IMG/VR virus record: IMGVR_UViG_2778261579_000007 | Span: 1 to 13,940 of that record | Length of the DNA: 13,940 nucleotides | DNA from: a virus | Lineage: Duplodnaviria; Heunggongvirae; Uroviricota; Caudoviricetes | Reading direction: 5' to 3' (one strand) | Part shown: in pieces, positions 1 through 9,111 of the stretch | Layout of the letters: each line of letters opens with the position of its first letter | Position numbering within the stretch: position 1 is the first letter of the stretch | Program-made: the position numbers and the translations under genes | Notes under the pieces: model-generated | Seen by the model: only the letters and a program-made list of their open reading frames with translations | Told to the model about the DNA's origin: nothing | Databases searched by the model: none

Positions 1-49
1 CGGCCAGACGGAGGTCGCTGTCTTCACAGCTTACGAACCTGAGGAGTAA
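1..49 (+). CDS. hokD: Hok-family toxin, 3' end only (gene starts upstream of window)
   Basis: Frame beginning at nt 2 translates GQTEVAVFTAYEPEE then TAA at 47-49; this matches my memory of the HokD/RelF C-terminus. Followed by a GNRA hairpin (58-77) and an intrinsic terminator. Confidence 0.6.
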   Translation, partial: GQTEVAVFTAYEPEE

Positions 50-118
50 GAGACCCGGCGAGGGAGAAATCCCTCGCCACCTCTGATGTGGCAGGCATCC
101 TCAACGCACCCGCACTTA

Positions 119-145
119 ACCCGCTTCGGCGGGTTTTTGTTTTTA
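119..145 (+). terminator. Rho-independent terminator downstream of hokD
   Basis: Stem ACCCGC (119-124), loop TTCG, stem GCGGGT (129-134), then TTTTGTTTTT. Confidence 0.65.
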
Positions 146-265
146 TTTTCAACGCGTTTGAAGTTCTGGACGGTGCCGGAATAGAATCAAAAATACTTAA
201 GTAGCGCGCAGGGATAAGAGGGATGGTCCCTTAAAGGGGAGAGCTAATTATCCGGAAGGATTCTG

Positions 266-517
266 ATGATGAACATCGAAGAACTGCGTAAAATTTTTTG
301 TGAAGATGGCCTCTATGCTGTGTGCGTTGAAAATGGAAATCTTGTTAGTCATTACCGCATTATGTGTTTGCGAAAGAATGGGGCTGCGTTAATTAATTTT
401 GTGGATGGTCGAGTGACAGACGGATTTATCTTGCGCGAAGGTGAGTTTGTCACTTCATTACAGGCACTGAAAGAGATCGGAATAAAAGCAGGCTTTTCAG
501 CTTTTGCAGAAGAATAA
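266..517 (+). CDS. rem: Rem-like small prophage protein, 83 aa
   Basis: ATG at 266 preceded by GGAAGGA (254-260); 83-aa ORF. Position between hokD and ydfU matches Qin gene order from memory. N-terminus MMNIEEL resembles the Gns family. Confidence 0.55.
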   Translation: MMNIEELRKIFCEDGLYAVCVENGNLVSHYRIMCLRKNGAALINFVDGRVTDGFILREGEFVTSLQALKEIGIKAGFSAFAEE

Positions 518-583
518 ACTCATCTACAATCTTGCGCGGGGCTGAACTCCCGCTGAGTAACACCGTGCCACCGGAGAAAACCG

Positions 584-862
584 ATGGCACGCAACGTAAA
601 ATATTACAATTCTGATAATTCGCCCGTTCTTGCCTGCACGCACGGGCGGTATTCTCACGCATTCAAGTCTGAATGGTTCCAGCACCCTCCATGCACTGCA
701 GAACAGGCCGAATGGCTGATTCATTCTTACCGCAGGCGCGGGTTCGAGGTTAAGAAAGCTCTCAGTCTCGACTATCGGCACTGGATAATCTCTGTCAGGC
801 TGCCTTATTCCGAACGCCCACCACGTGCGTCCCGCACTTTCCAGCAACGGATCTGGAGGTAA
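584..862 (+). CDS. Hypothetical phage protein, 92 aa, translationally coupled to ydfU-like gene
   Basis: ATG 584 with GGAG 8 nt upstream; stop TAA 860-862 lies immediately before the GTG 864 start of the next gene. No family recognised. Confidence 0.45.
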   Translation: MARNVKYYNSDNSPVLACTHGRYSHAFKSEWFQHPPCTAEQAEWLIHSYRRRGFEVKKALSLDYRHWIISVRLPYSERPPRASRTFQQRIWR

Positions 863-863
863 C

Positions 864-1913
864 GTGCGGGTATTACTTAGACCTGTTCTGGTGCCTGAGC
901 TTGGGCTGGTGGTCCTTAAGCCGGGCCGTGAATCCATACAGATATTTCATAATCCTCGAGTGCTGGTGGAACCGGAACCAAAAAGCATGCGTAATCTGCC
1001 ATCCGGAGTCGTTCCTGCCGTTCGCCAGCCGCTGGCGGAAGACAAAACATTGCTACCGTTTTTTAGTAACGAACGGGTGATTCGTGCTGCTGGCGGCGTT
1101 GGCGCATTGTCTGACTGGCTATTACGTCATGTTACATCCTGCCAGTGGCCTAATGGCGATTACCATCACACTGAAACAGTCATTCACCGTTATGGTACCG
1201 GCGCAATGGTGTTGTGCTGGCACTGCGACAACCAACTGCGTGACCAGACATCGGAATCACTGGAGCTGCTTGCTCAACAAAATCTGACAGCATGGGTGAT
1301 TGACGTCATCCGTCACGCAATAAGCGGTACGCAGGAGCGGGAATTATCTTTGGCTGAATTATCCTGGTGGGCGGTCTGCAATCAGGTGGTGGATGCACTA
1401 CCTGAGGCTGTATCGCGTCGTTCGCTGGGATTACCAGCGGAAAAAATCTGCTCGGTGTACCGCGAAAGCGACATCGTACCGGGAGAGCAGACCGCCACCA
1501 GCATATTGAAACAACGCACAAAAAATCTTGCACCGTTGCCTTACGCCCACCAGCAACAAAACCCATCACAGGAAAAGACGGTGGTAAGCATCAACGTTGA
1601 TCCAGAGTCTCCGGAATCTTTCATGAAGCTGCCTAAACGTCGCCGCTGGGTTAAGGAGAAATACACTCGTTGGGTTAAGACACAGCCGTGTGCTTGCTGC
1701 GGTATGCCAGCCGACGATCCGCATCATCTGATTGGTCACGGGCAGGGCGGAATGGGAACAAAAGCACATGATCTCTTTGTGTTGCCTTTGTGCAGAAAGC
1801 ATCACAACGAGCTGCATACGGATACAGTGGCATTTGAAGAGAAGTATGGCTCCCAACTGGAGCTGATATTTCGTTTTATCGATCGCGCGCTGGCAATTGG
1901 CGTACTGGCGTAA
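864..1913 (+). CDS. ydfU: DUF968-type prophage protein with C-terminal HNH-like Cys/His motif, 349 aa
   Basis: GTG 864 preceded by GGAGG (855-859) gives 349 aa, the length I recall for K-12 YdfU. The ORF track extends to an upstream GTG at 825 without an RBS. C-terminus CACCG...HHLIGHGQGG...CRKHHNELH is HNH-like. Confidence 0.65.
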   Translation: MRVLLRPVLVPELGLVVLKPGRESIQIFHNPRVLVEPEPKSMRNLPSGVVPAVRQPLAEDKTLLPFFSNERVIRAAGGVGALSDWLLRHVTSCQWPNGDYHHTETVIHRYGTGAMVLCWHCDNQLRDQTSESLELLAQQNLTAWVIDVIRHAISGTQERELSLAELSWWAVCNQVVDALPEAVSRRSLGLPAEKICSVYRESDIVPGEQTATSILKQRTKNLAPLPYAHQQQNPSQEKTVVSINVDPESPESFMKLPKRRRWVKEKYTRWVKTQPCACCGMPADDPHHLIGHGQGGMGTKAHDLFVLPLCRKHHNELHTDTVAFEEKYGSQLELIFRFIDRALAIGVLA

Positions 1914-1926
1914 GTGGAGAACGAGC

Positions 1927-2679
1927 ATGAACCTTGAAGCCTTACCAAAATATTACTCCCCAAAATCTCCAAAATTGAGCGATGACGCTCCAGCGACAGG
2001 CACCGGTTGTTTAACAATTACGGATGTAATGGCAGCGCAGGGGATGGTGCAGTCGAAAGCACCACTTGGGTTGGCCTTATTTCTGGCAAAAGTTGGTGTT
2101 CAGGACGCTCAGTTTGCGATTGAAGGCCTGCTAAATTACGCGATGGCACTGGATAACCCGACATTGAACAAATTGAGTGAAGAAATCCGGTTACAGATTA
2201 TTCCTTACCTCGTGAATTTTGCCTTTGCTGATTACTCCAGGTCTGCGGCAAGTAAGGCTCGCTGTGAGCATTGTTCAGGTACGGGATTTTATAATGTATT
2301 GCGCGAAGTGGTGAAACACTACAGACGCGGGGAATCTGTAATCAAGGAAGAATGGGTGAAGGAACTATGTCAGCATTGCCATGGTAAGGGCGAAGTCAGC
2401 ACAGCGTGCAGAGGGTGTAAGGGTAAAGGGATTGTTCTGGATGAAAAAAGAACCCGGTTTCATGGCGTACCGGTATATAAGATTTGTGGGCGTTGTAATG
2501 GAAACCGGTTTAGTCGTTTACCGACCACGCTGGCACGACGTCATGTCCAGAAGCTGGTACCAGACCTGACCGATTATCAGTGGTATAAGGGGTATGCGGA
2601 CGTCATTGGTAAACTGGTAACAAAGTGCTGGCAGGAAGAAGCATACGCGGAAGCGCAATTGAGGAAGGTGACGAGATAA
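1927..2679 (+). CDS. quuQ: Late-gene antiterminator Q, 250 aa
   Basis: ATG 1927 with GGAGAA upstream gives 250 aa. Multiple CxxC zinc motifs (CEHCSGTG, CQHCHGKG, CRGCKGKG, CGRCNGN). Sits directly upstream of a promoter/terminator pair and the lysis cassette. Confidence 0.8.
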   Translation: MNLEALPKYYSPKSPKLSDDAPATGTGCLTITDVMAAQGMVQSKAPLGLALFLAKVGVQDAQFAIEGLLNYAMALDNPTLNKLSEEIRLQIIPYLVNFAFADYSRSAASKARCEHCSGTGFYNVLREVVKHYRRGESVIKEEWVKELCQHCHGKGEVSTACRGCKGKGIVLDEKRTRFHGVPVYKICGRCNGNRFSRLPTTLARRHVQKLVPDLTDYQWYKGYADVIGKLVTKCWQEEAYAEAQLRKVTR

Positions 2680-2710
2680 ATGATTTTTGCTGAAGATGGC
2701 GACATGATGT

Positions 2711-2739
2711 TTGCATTTTTCAAAAAATATGGATAAAAT
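2711..2739 (+). promoter_or_regulatory. Candidate late promoter pR' (-35 TTGCAT, 17-bp spacer, -10 TAAAAT)
   Basis: Hexamers at 2711-2716 and 2734-2739, immediately 3' of Q and about 50 nt 5' of an intrinsic terminator; this is the lambdoid pR'/qut/tR' layout. Sequence-only inference. Confidence 0.3.
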
Positions 2740-2784
2740 TTTTTCAATGATGGGCTTTGTATACCCGACGTTAAGAAAAAGTAG

Positions 2785-2808
2785 AAAACCCGCTGATGAG
2801 CGGGTTTT
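2785..2808. terminator. Bidirectional intrinsic terminator (candidate tR' and cspF terminator)
   Basis: AAAA-CCCGCT-GATG-AGCGGG-TTTT: perfect stem flanked by A-run and T-run, between quuQ (+) and convergent cspF (-). Confidence 0.55.
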
Positions 2809-3100
2809 GTGCTTTAAATGGGGCAATGGTAATGTTGAATCTCATCCCGGGACTCATGTCTGTTAACTTATTATTTAGCTGGTGACTTGGTTATTTGCCT
2901 GATGTTTAAAATGTTTTCTTCCAGTACAATGTCCCTAAACACAATGAGTCTGCTTATTATATTATTAGCAGAGCTATTACGGCCAAAGTACAGCATAAGC
3001 TTTTAAAGCCAATCAACCAGTCATCAAGACAGACGGGGTTATTCATAAAAACTCTCCATGTGTGATCCGATGGGGCCTGAAATTAAAGCTTTAATATAGC

Positions 3101-3313
3101 TCATGAAAGGTAAACATTGGCAGCTGAAGGGCCACGCAGACCATTTATCCGGCAAAATTCCACGCGTAATCCGGTGGTAATTTCTTCTGCATCGCGGAGA
3201 TTGAGCGCTGAAACATGAAGCTGGACATCGATACGACCATCGGATGGGGTGATAAGACCCTTGCCGCTTTTGCCGTCAAAGGTTTTGACAATTCCTGTCA
3301 TTTTACGGGACAA
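3101..3313 (-). CDS. cspF: Cold-shock protein CspF-like, 70 aa
   Basis: Translation [37 protein letters not shown]... is a CspA-family cold-shock domain; divergent from cspB as in Qin. Confidence 0.85.
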
Positions 3314-3613
3314 AAAAATTCCTTAATACTGATAACTTGGCGCACTATACACACGTTCCTGAAGAAAGCTATAGTTTTTTGATGGGGTTGAAGATGGCTG
3401 GATGTCTAAAATAAACATTGCTTCATATGTTCAACTATGCGTTAATGATTGCGTCGGTTTGAAGAACAGACGATATACGAAGTAGTTTACTAAAGCAGTT
3501 CTCATTTCAGGTGTTATTCACTTATTCCTTCTTTGAGTCTCTCCAATTAAGTACGAAGTCGTTTCTGTTATGCAAACCATTTATGCCGAAAGGCTCAAGT
3601 TAAGGAATGTAGA

Positions 3614-3829
3614 ATGTCAAATAAAATGACTGGTTTAGTAAAATGGTTTAACGCTGATAAAGGTTTCGGCTTTATTTCTCCTGTTGATGGTAGTAAAGAT
3701 GTGTTTGTGCATTTTTCTGCGATTCAGAATGATAATTATCGAACCTTATTTGAAGGTCAAAAGGTTACCTTCTCTATAGAGAGTGGTGCTAAAGGTCCTG
3801 CAGCAGCAAATGTCATCATTACTGATTAA
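3614..3829 (+). CDS. cspB: Cold-shock protein CspB-like, 71 aa
   Basis: [38 protein letters not shown]...: canonical CspA-family RNP motifs; about 300-nt upstream leader typical of cold-shock genes. Confidence 0.85.
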   Translation: MSNKMTGLVKWFNADKGFGFISPVDGSKDVFVHFSAIQNDNYRTLFEGQKVTFSIESGAKGPAAANVIITD

Positions 3830-4110
3830 AATTCATCGCTCGTCTGTATACGATAACGAAGAAGGCTGATGCCTGAGTAGAGATACGGACAGAGTAGTGA
3901 ATATTGGATTTCTTTAATAAAATTTAAGGAGGTCCAATACATGAAACAATGGCCAGCATATTTGGCAAAATCTTAATCAGGAAAAGTATGCTAACCATTG
4001 TGGTGAAGTGCAGGTTTGCTGCATGAATAGTTTTACAGCAGAAGCTAACTGCTGGCATGGCAAAACAAAGTGCGTAAGTGGATGACTCCCACAAAAAGCA
4101 CCACAATCTC

Positions 4111-4134
4111 AAACCCGCTCAGGCGGGTTTTTTA
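4111..4134 (+). terminator. Rho-independent terminator
   Basis: AAA-CCCGC-TCAG-GCGGG-TTTTTT at 4111-4133; lies between cspB 3' region and the convergent minus-strand zinc-ribbon ORF. Confidence 0.55.
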
Positions 4135-4192
4135 TTATCTGCTTTAAATATATTATTAAAATATAAAAAATACTTGTTACTAATAAAATCAA

Positions 4193-4363
4193 TCAGGCTA
4201 CAGCTTTAAGATTTGTCTGGAATACTTTGTTGCAATGAGGGCAGATCAAAAGGGCACCTTTTTGTACTCTTGAAAAACTGTGTTCTGACTCTTGGGTGCA
4301 GTTTGGGCAGGAACATTTAACGAGATAATTACGGCGTGATTTTGAGTCTTTACGTTCTGACAT
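4193..4363 (-). CDS. Small zinc-ribbon protein, 56 aa (CxCxxC...CxxC)
   Basis: Minus-strand ATG at 4363 has AGGAAA 6 nt upstream; the ORF-track start at 4414 lacks an RBS. Motif CSCPNC-x18-CPHC. Possibly the Qin ynfU equivalent, but I cannot confirm this from memory. Confidence 0.45.
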   Translation of the reverse strand: MSERKDSKSRRNYLVKCSCPNCTQESEHSFSRVQKGALLICPHCNKVFQTNLKAVA

Positions 4364-4582
4364 AGGCTTTTCCTGTATAAATGGCCGTATACAGTACACT
4401 AAATATGAAAACATTTCTCGTATTATTATTTTATATATGACTTTCTTTCAAAATAATTACTCACATTTTTAATGTGTATGTTTCTTTAGCGCCGTTGAGA
4501 ACAGCGTGTGCTGTCAAAACTACCCCGTAGACTCCGATCTTTTCAAACATATTGCACCATCCGTGTACATCGGGGTGAGGAT

Positions 4583-4798
4583 ATGAAATCAATGGATAAG
4601 TTAACAACAGGTGTTGCCTATGGCACATCGGCGGGTAATGCTGGTTTCTGGGCATTGCAGTTACTCGATAAAGTAACTCCGTCACAGTGGGCTGCAATCG
4701 GTGTGCTGGGTAGCCTGGTTTTTGGCCTGCTGACGTATCTGACAAATCTTTATTTCAAGATTAAAGAAGACAGGCGTAAGGCTGCGAGAGGAGAGTAA
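4583..4798 (+). CDS. essQ: Class II holin/pinholin (S21-like), 71 aa, dual-start MKSM
   Basis: [71 protein letters not shown] resembles the phage 21 S21 pinholin. RBS GGGGTGAGG upstream. Met1/Met4 dual start typical of holin/antiholin. Confidence 0.8.
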   Translation: MKSMDKLTTGVAYGTSAGNAGFWALQLLDKVTPSQWAAIGVLGSLVFGLLTYLTNLYFKIKEDRRKAARGE

Positions 4799-4802
4799 TC
4801 CA

Positions 4803-5110
4803 ATGACTCAAGACTATGAACTGGTTGTGAAAGGAGTCCGTAATTTTGAGAATAAAGTTACGGTAACTGTAGCCTTACAGGACAAAGAACGCTTTGACGG
4901 TGAAATTTTTGGCCTGGATGTCGCCATGGACCGTGTTGAAGGAGCTGCGCTGGAGTTTTATGAGGCAGCAGCCAGAATGAGCGTCCGGCAAGTCTTCCTG
5001 GAAGTAGCAGAAAAATTGTCAGAAAAAGTTGAGTCTTATCTGCAGCATCAGTACTCCTTTAAGATTGAAAATCCTGCCAATAAGCACGAGCGTCCTCATC
5101 ATAAATATCT

Positions 5111-5114
<4 letters not shown>
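4803..5114 (+). CDS. ydfR: Hypothetical lysis-cassette protein, 103 aa
   Basis: ATG 4803 four nt after holin stop with GGAGAG upstream; stop overlaps endolysin start (ATGA at 5111-5114). Size and position match YdfR of Qin from memory. Confidence 0.55.
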
Positions 5115-6138
<1,024 letters not shown>

Positions 6139-6501
6139 ATTAATATTAAATCGGATTATTTTTAGCGCTGAATGTGAAATTTAAATAAAAAGGACTCTTC
6201 CATGAGTCAAAATCCTTGAAATCTTAAGGGTAAGATAAAAGGTCATTAGACAGAATGACACGTTTTATTAATAAATAAAGCTATTGTTTCATTCGTGTGT
6301 TTTTCTTTACAAAAGTAATCCTTGCTATGGTTGGTTAATCATGCGTTAATGGTGTTCTGGTTTGTTACAAAATTATCTGAAGCAGTCATTGTTATAATTT
6401 TATTATTTGTACCTCTTGAGATTTCCTTGTTGGTTTTTCTCTCTGATATTTTTTTTCGGACCATTCTGCCCAAGGGCTAACTTCTTCAAAAGGTAATAAT
6501 G

Positions 6502-6714
6502 ATGTCTAACAAAATGACTGGTTTAGTGAAATGGTTTAACCCTGAAAAAGGTTTTGGTTTCATCACGCCGAAAGATGGTAGCAAAGATGTGTTTGTGCAT
6601 TTCTCAGCTATTCAGAGCAACGATTTCAAAACGTTAACTGAGAATCAGGAAGTCGAATTTGGTATTGAGAACGGACCTAAAGGCCCTGCAGCTGTTCATG
6701 TAGTGGCACTTTGA
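6502..6714 (+). CDS. cspI: Cold-shock protein CspI-like, 70 aa
   Basis: [45 protein letters not shown]...; second ATG of the ORF chosen to give the canonical CspA-family N-terminus; about 360-nt AT-rich leader upstream. Confidence 0.85.
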   Translation: MSNKMTGLVKWFNPEKGFGFITPKDGSKDVFVHFSAIQSNDFKTLTENQEVEFGIENGPKGPAAVHVVAL

Positions 6715-6918
6715 GGTAGAAAATATTACAAACCATATTCACTTTAGATGCCCGTGTTGCCATGGTTCTCAGTATAGAACATCATCTTTTGATGTTTCTG
6801 ACAGAAATCCTTTCGGGGCAAAATGTATCTTTTGTAAATCAATGATGATTACATTTGATAATATTTCACAATACTTAAATGTTAGCCATCTGTCGTTAGA
6901 TTTAAGAAAGTGAAAATG

Positions 6919-6941
6919 AAGGCTCCTTCGGGAGCTTTTTT
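6919..6941 (+). terminator. Rho-independent terminator
   Basis: AAGGCTCC-TTCG-GGAGCTTT then T-run; 8-bp stem with TTCG loop. Confidence 0.55.
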
Positions 6942-6985
6942 GCTTAGTGTCTAGTCGATGGATACTCACATATTACGGTAACATT

Positions 6986-7216
6986 ATGAAAAAAATAATA
7001 GTTTTTTTTAACTCTGAACCAGCAATGGTAGTGCCAGTGATGACCGGAGTTAACACCATCATGCGTGAATATCCAAATGGCGAAACAACACACCTCACTG
7101 TAATGGCTGCAGGGTTTCCATCTCTGACCGGAGATCATAAAGTCATTTATGTAGCAGCGGATCGACATGTAACTTCAGAAGAAATTCTGGAAGCAGCAAT
7201 GAGACTCTTGAATTGA
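6986..7216 (+). CDS. Hypothetical small protein, 76 aa, upstream of gnsB-like gene
   Basis: ATG 6986 (MKKIIVFF...), weak RBS. The ORF-track GTG at 6947 overlaps the terminator and is less likely. Occupies the position of ynfN in Qin. Confidence 0.35.
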   Translation: MKKIIVFFNSEPAMVVPVMTGVNTIMREYPNGETTHLTVMAAGFPSLTGDHKVIYVAADRHVTSEEILEAAMRLLN

Positions 7217-7388
7217 TTTGATTCTAATGCATTGATAATAAATGATAATCATCTTTATCTGTTTGTGTGAAATTTAGACCGTCGTATGTTGATTATTGCG
7301 ATGTTTCATCTTATCTTTTATACGTTTGCTCCATATAATTGACACTACTGTGTACCAGGACAGTCATAACAGACTAAAAGAGGAAATG

Positions 7389-7562
7389 ATGAACATTGAA
7401 GAGTTAAAAACAAAAACAGAAGCAGATATTTCTGAATATATAACAAAAAAAATCATTGAGCTTAAGAAAAAGACCGGGAAAGAAGTTACCAGTATCCAGT
7501 TTACTGCACGGGAAAAAATGACTGGTCTTGAAAGCTATGATATCAAGATTGATTTAATCTAG
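7389..7562 (+). CDS. gnsB: GnsA/GnsB-family protein, 57 aa
   Basis: MNIEELKTKTEADISEYITKKIIELKKKTGKEVTSIQFTAREKMTGLESYDIKIDLI; AAGAGG RBS at 7377-7382. Strong resemblance to the GnsA/GnsB family from memory. Perfect TATAAT at 7334-7339 upstream. Confidence 0.7.
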   Translation: MNIEELKTKTEADISEYITKKIIELKKKTGKEVTSIQFTAREKMTGLESYDIKIDLI

Positions 7563-7857
7563 CATGTTTATAGTATTAGCATCAATTTCTCATCAGATGC
7601 TATTCAACAATACAAATTACCCATAAACCTCGTTTTTACGGGGTTTTGTTATATTTAAACATTACCGAATAGATATAAATCTCGATTGTCGATGGTATTG
7701 GTTGTGTGACAATACCTAGTCTTTCCGGTATGCCTGAAGAGAATACAAACGACAGATTATGTAAGGGAAACGCGCTGAAACTTTCACTCTTTCATGCTGA
7801 GTGATTTGACGTTATATTTTTAGCCGCAAGTGAAGAGCAAACGAATGGAGCGACAAA

Positions 7858-8064
7858 ATGCATAAAGATCAATACACTGATGCCCCCTCCCAGGAGCAGG
7901 TTCGTGTAAAAACTATGCTTAATAGCACCATTTCGATGGGTTACCCGGATGTTGTAATTGCATGTATAGAACATCAAGTATCTCTGGAAGCATTCAGGGC
8001 AATTGAGGCCGCGTTAGTAAAGCACGATAAGAATACGAAGGATTATTCCCTGGTGGTTGACTGA
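7858..8064 (+). CDS. Hypothetical protein, 68 aa
   Basis: ATG 7858 with GGAG about 8 nt upstream; occupies the ydfO position of Qin but is shorter. No motif recognised. Confidence 0.35.
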   Translation: MHKDQYTDAPSQEQVRVKTMLNSTISMGYPDVVIACIEHQVSLEAFRAIEAALVKHDKNTKDYSLVVD

Positions 8065-8400
8065 TCACCATAACTGCTAACCATTCTGACCATTTCACAA
8101 GTGACAGAGTCAATATCGTATTCTGTCACTGTAAGGCTAATACAGTACTGCAATTCAACTACAGCAATGCCTCGTATTTAGGTGAATTTACAATATCGTC
8201 CAGTTCGGATGCCGGCTGCATTTCTGAAGATAAGGCATTTCGGTTCGCGTATTTTCCCCTCATGCTCGTCAGTCCTGCGCGTAGTAAGAAACAGGACACT
8301 CACACTAATTTGTGTGGGCATGCTGTGATGTCCTTCTGAATTATCCCCATGCCATTATGTAACGCTCTGTTTCAGATGCTCGTCACGGTTGTCAGGCTGT

Positions 8401-8485
8401 CGGGTCCTCCCAGTGGGGGTCCCTGCCACGGGGCGGGAGCGTCGCGGAAAAAGGCTAGTTTTTGAAATTTCATCCGTCATCACCA
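8401..8485. repeat. cos-like site copy 1 (cosQ-like GGGTCCTCCC, putative cosN 8431-8442 GGGCGGGAGCGT, start of cosB)
   Basis: Aligns to lambda cos junction recalled from memory (...ACGGGTCCTTTCCGGTGATCCGACAGGTTACG | GGGCGGCGACCT CGCGGG...). Nu1-like ATG lies 186 nt downstream of the putative cosN start; lambda has 190. Confidence 0.6.
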
Positions 8486-8616
8486 CTACTGTAATAGATT
8501 GATATTACAGTATTTTTATTTTTGCGGTGTCGATTTTGATTGTTTTTTGTTCATCACTAACACCGTTTGCCTAAAGTCGTTCGCAAGATGCATGTTTAAA
8601 ACATTCTGGAGCGGGT

Positions 8617-9111
8617 ATGGATCGAGAGTTAAAAAATCTGACGCTGAATATCAGTCAACTGGCGGCACTGTCAGGTGTACATCGCCAGACTGCTGCGGCA
8701 AGGCTGCAAAATCTACCCGTTGCAGGGGGGCATGAAAGCAACCTCAAGCTTTATCGGGTGGTTGATATTGTGTCGGCATTTCTGGCATTACCACCGCCGG
8801 TTGCAGAAGGCGAAATGGACGCGCATGAGCGCAAAGCCTGGTATCAGTCTGAACGTGAGCGTCTTAAGTTCGAACAGGAAACGGCGCAACTCATTCCGGC
8901 CAGTGATGTCAGACGGGAGTTTGCCATCTGGGCAAAAGCGGTCGTGCAGGTGCTGGAGACATTACCGGATATTCTGGAACGTGACTGCGGTCTGCAGCCT
9001 GCCGCTGTGAGCCGTGTTCAGTCCATTATTGATGATCTGCGCGATCAGATAGCCCTGCGGGTGACTGAAGCAGGTGCGGATGATGAGGAGGAATTACAGC
9101 AGGAGGAGTAA
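8617..9111 (+). CDS. Terminase small subunit, Nu1-like (copy A), 164 aa
   Basis: N-terminal HTH-like segment (LNISQLAALSGVHRQTAAARL) and overall pattern resemble lambda Nu1; GGAG RBS; positioned at the correct distance from cos; stop overlaps next ORF start (TAATG). Confidence 0.7.
   Translation: MDRELKNLTLNISQLAALSGVHRQTAAARLQNLPVAGGHESNLKLYRVVDIVSAFLALPPPVAEGEMDAHERKAWYQSERERLKFEQETAQLIPASDVRREFAIWAKAVVQVLETLPDILERDCGLQPAAVSRVQSIIDDLRDQIALRVTEAGADDEEELQQEE

Noticed and set aside
825-863. Longer GTG start (825) for the ydfU-like gene given by the ORF track
   Set aside because: Would overlap the upstream ORF by 38 nt with no RBS; GTG 864 has GGAGG at ideal spacing and yields the expected 349 aa.
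524-937. 137-aa minus-strand ORF
   Set aside because: Lies antisense across the coupled 92-aa/ydfU gene pair, has no RBS and no recognisable motifs; typical shadow ORF.
1897-1926. Longer start (1897) for the Q gene
   Set aside because: Overlaps the end of the ydfU-like gene; ATG 1927 has an RBS and gives the 250-aa Q length.
1566-2017. Minus-strand ORFs 1566-1928 and 1802-2017
   Set aside because: Antisense to well-supported plus-strand genes; no RBS; low-complexity translations.
3924-4112. 62-aa minus-strand hydrophobic ORF (possible type I toxin)
   Set aside because: Start codon lies inside the terminator hairpin with no RBS; considered as a small toxin but there is no supporting signal.
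8499-9010. ORFs 8499-8735 and 8675-9010 overlapping terS copy A
   Set aside because: Alternative frames of the cosB/terS region; the terS frame is supported by homology to copy C and to Nu1.
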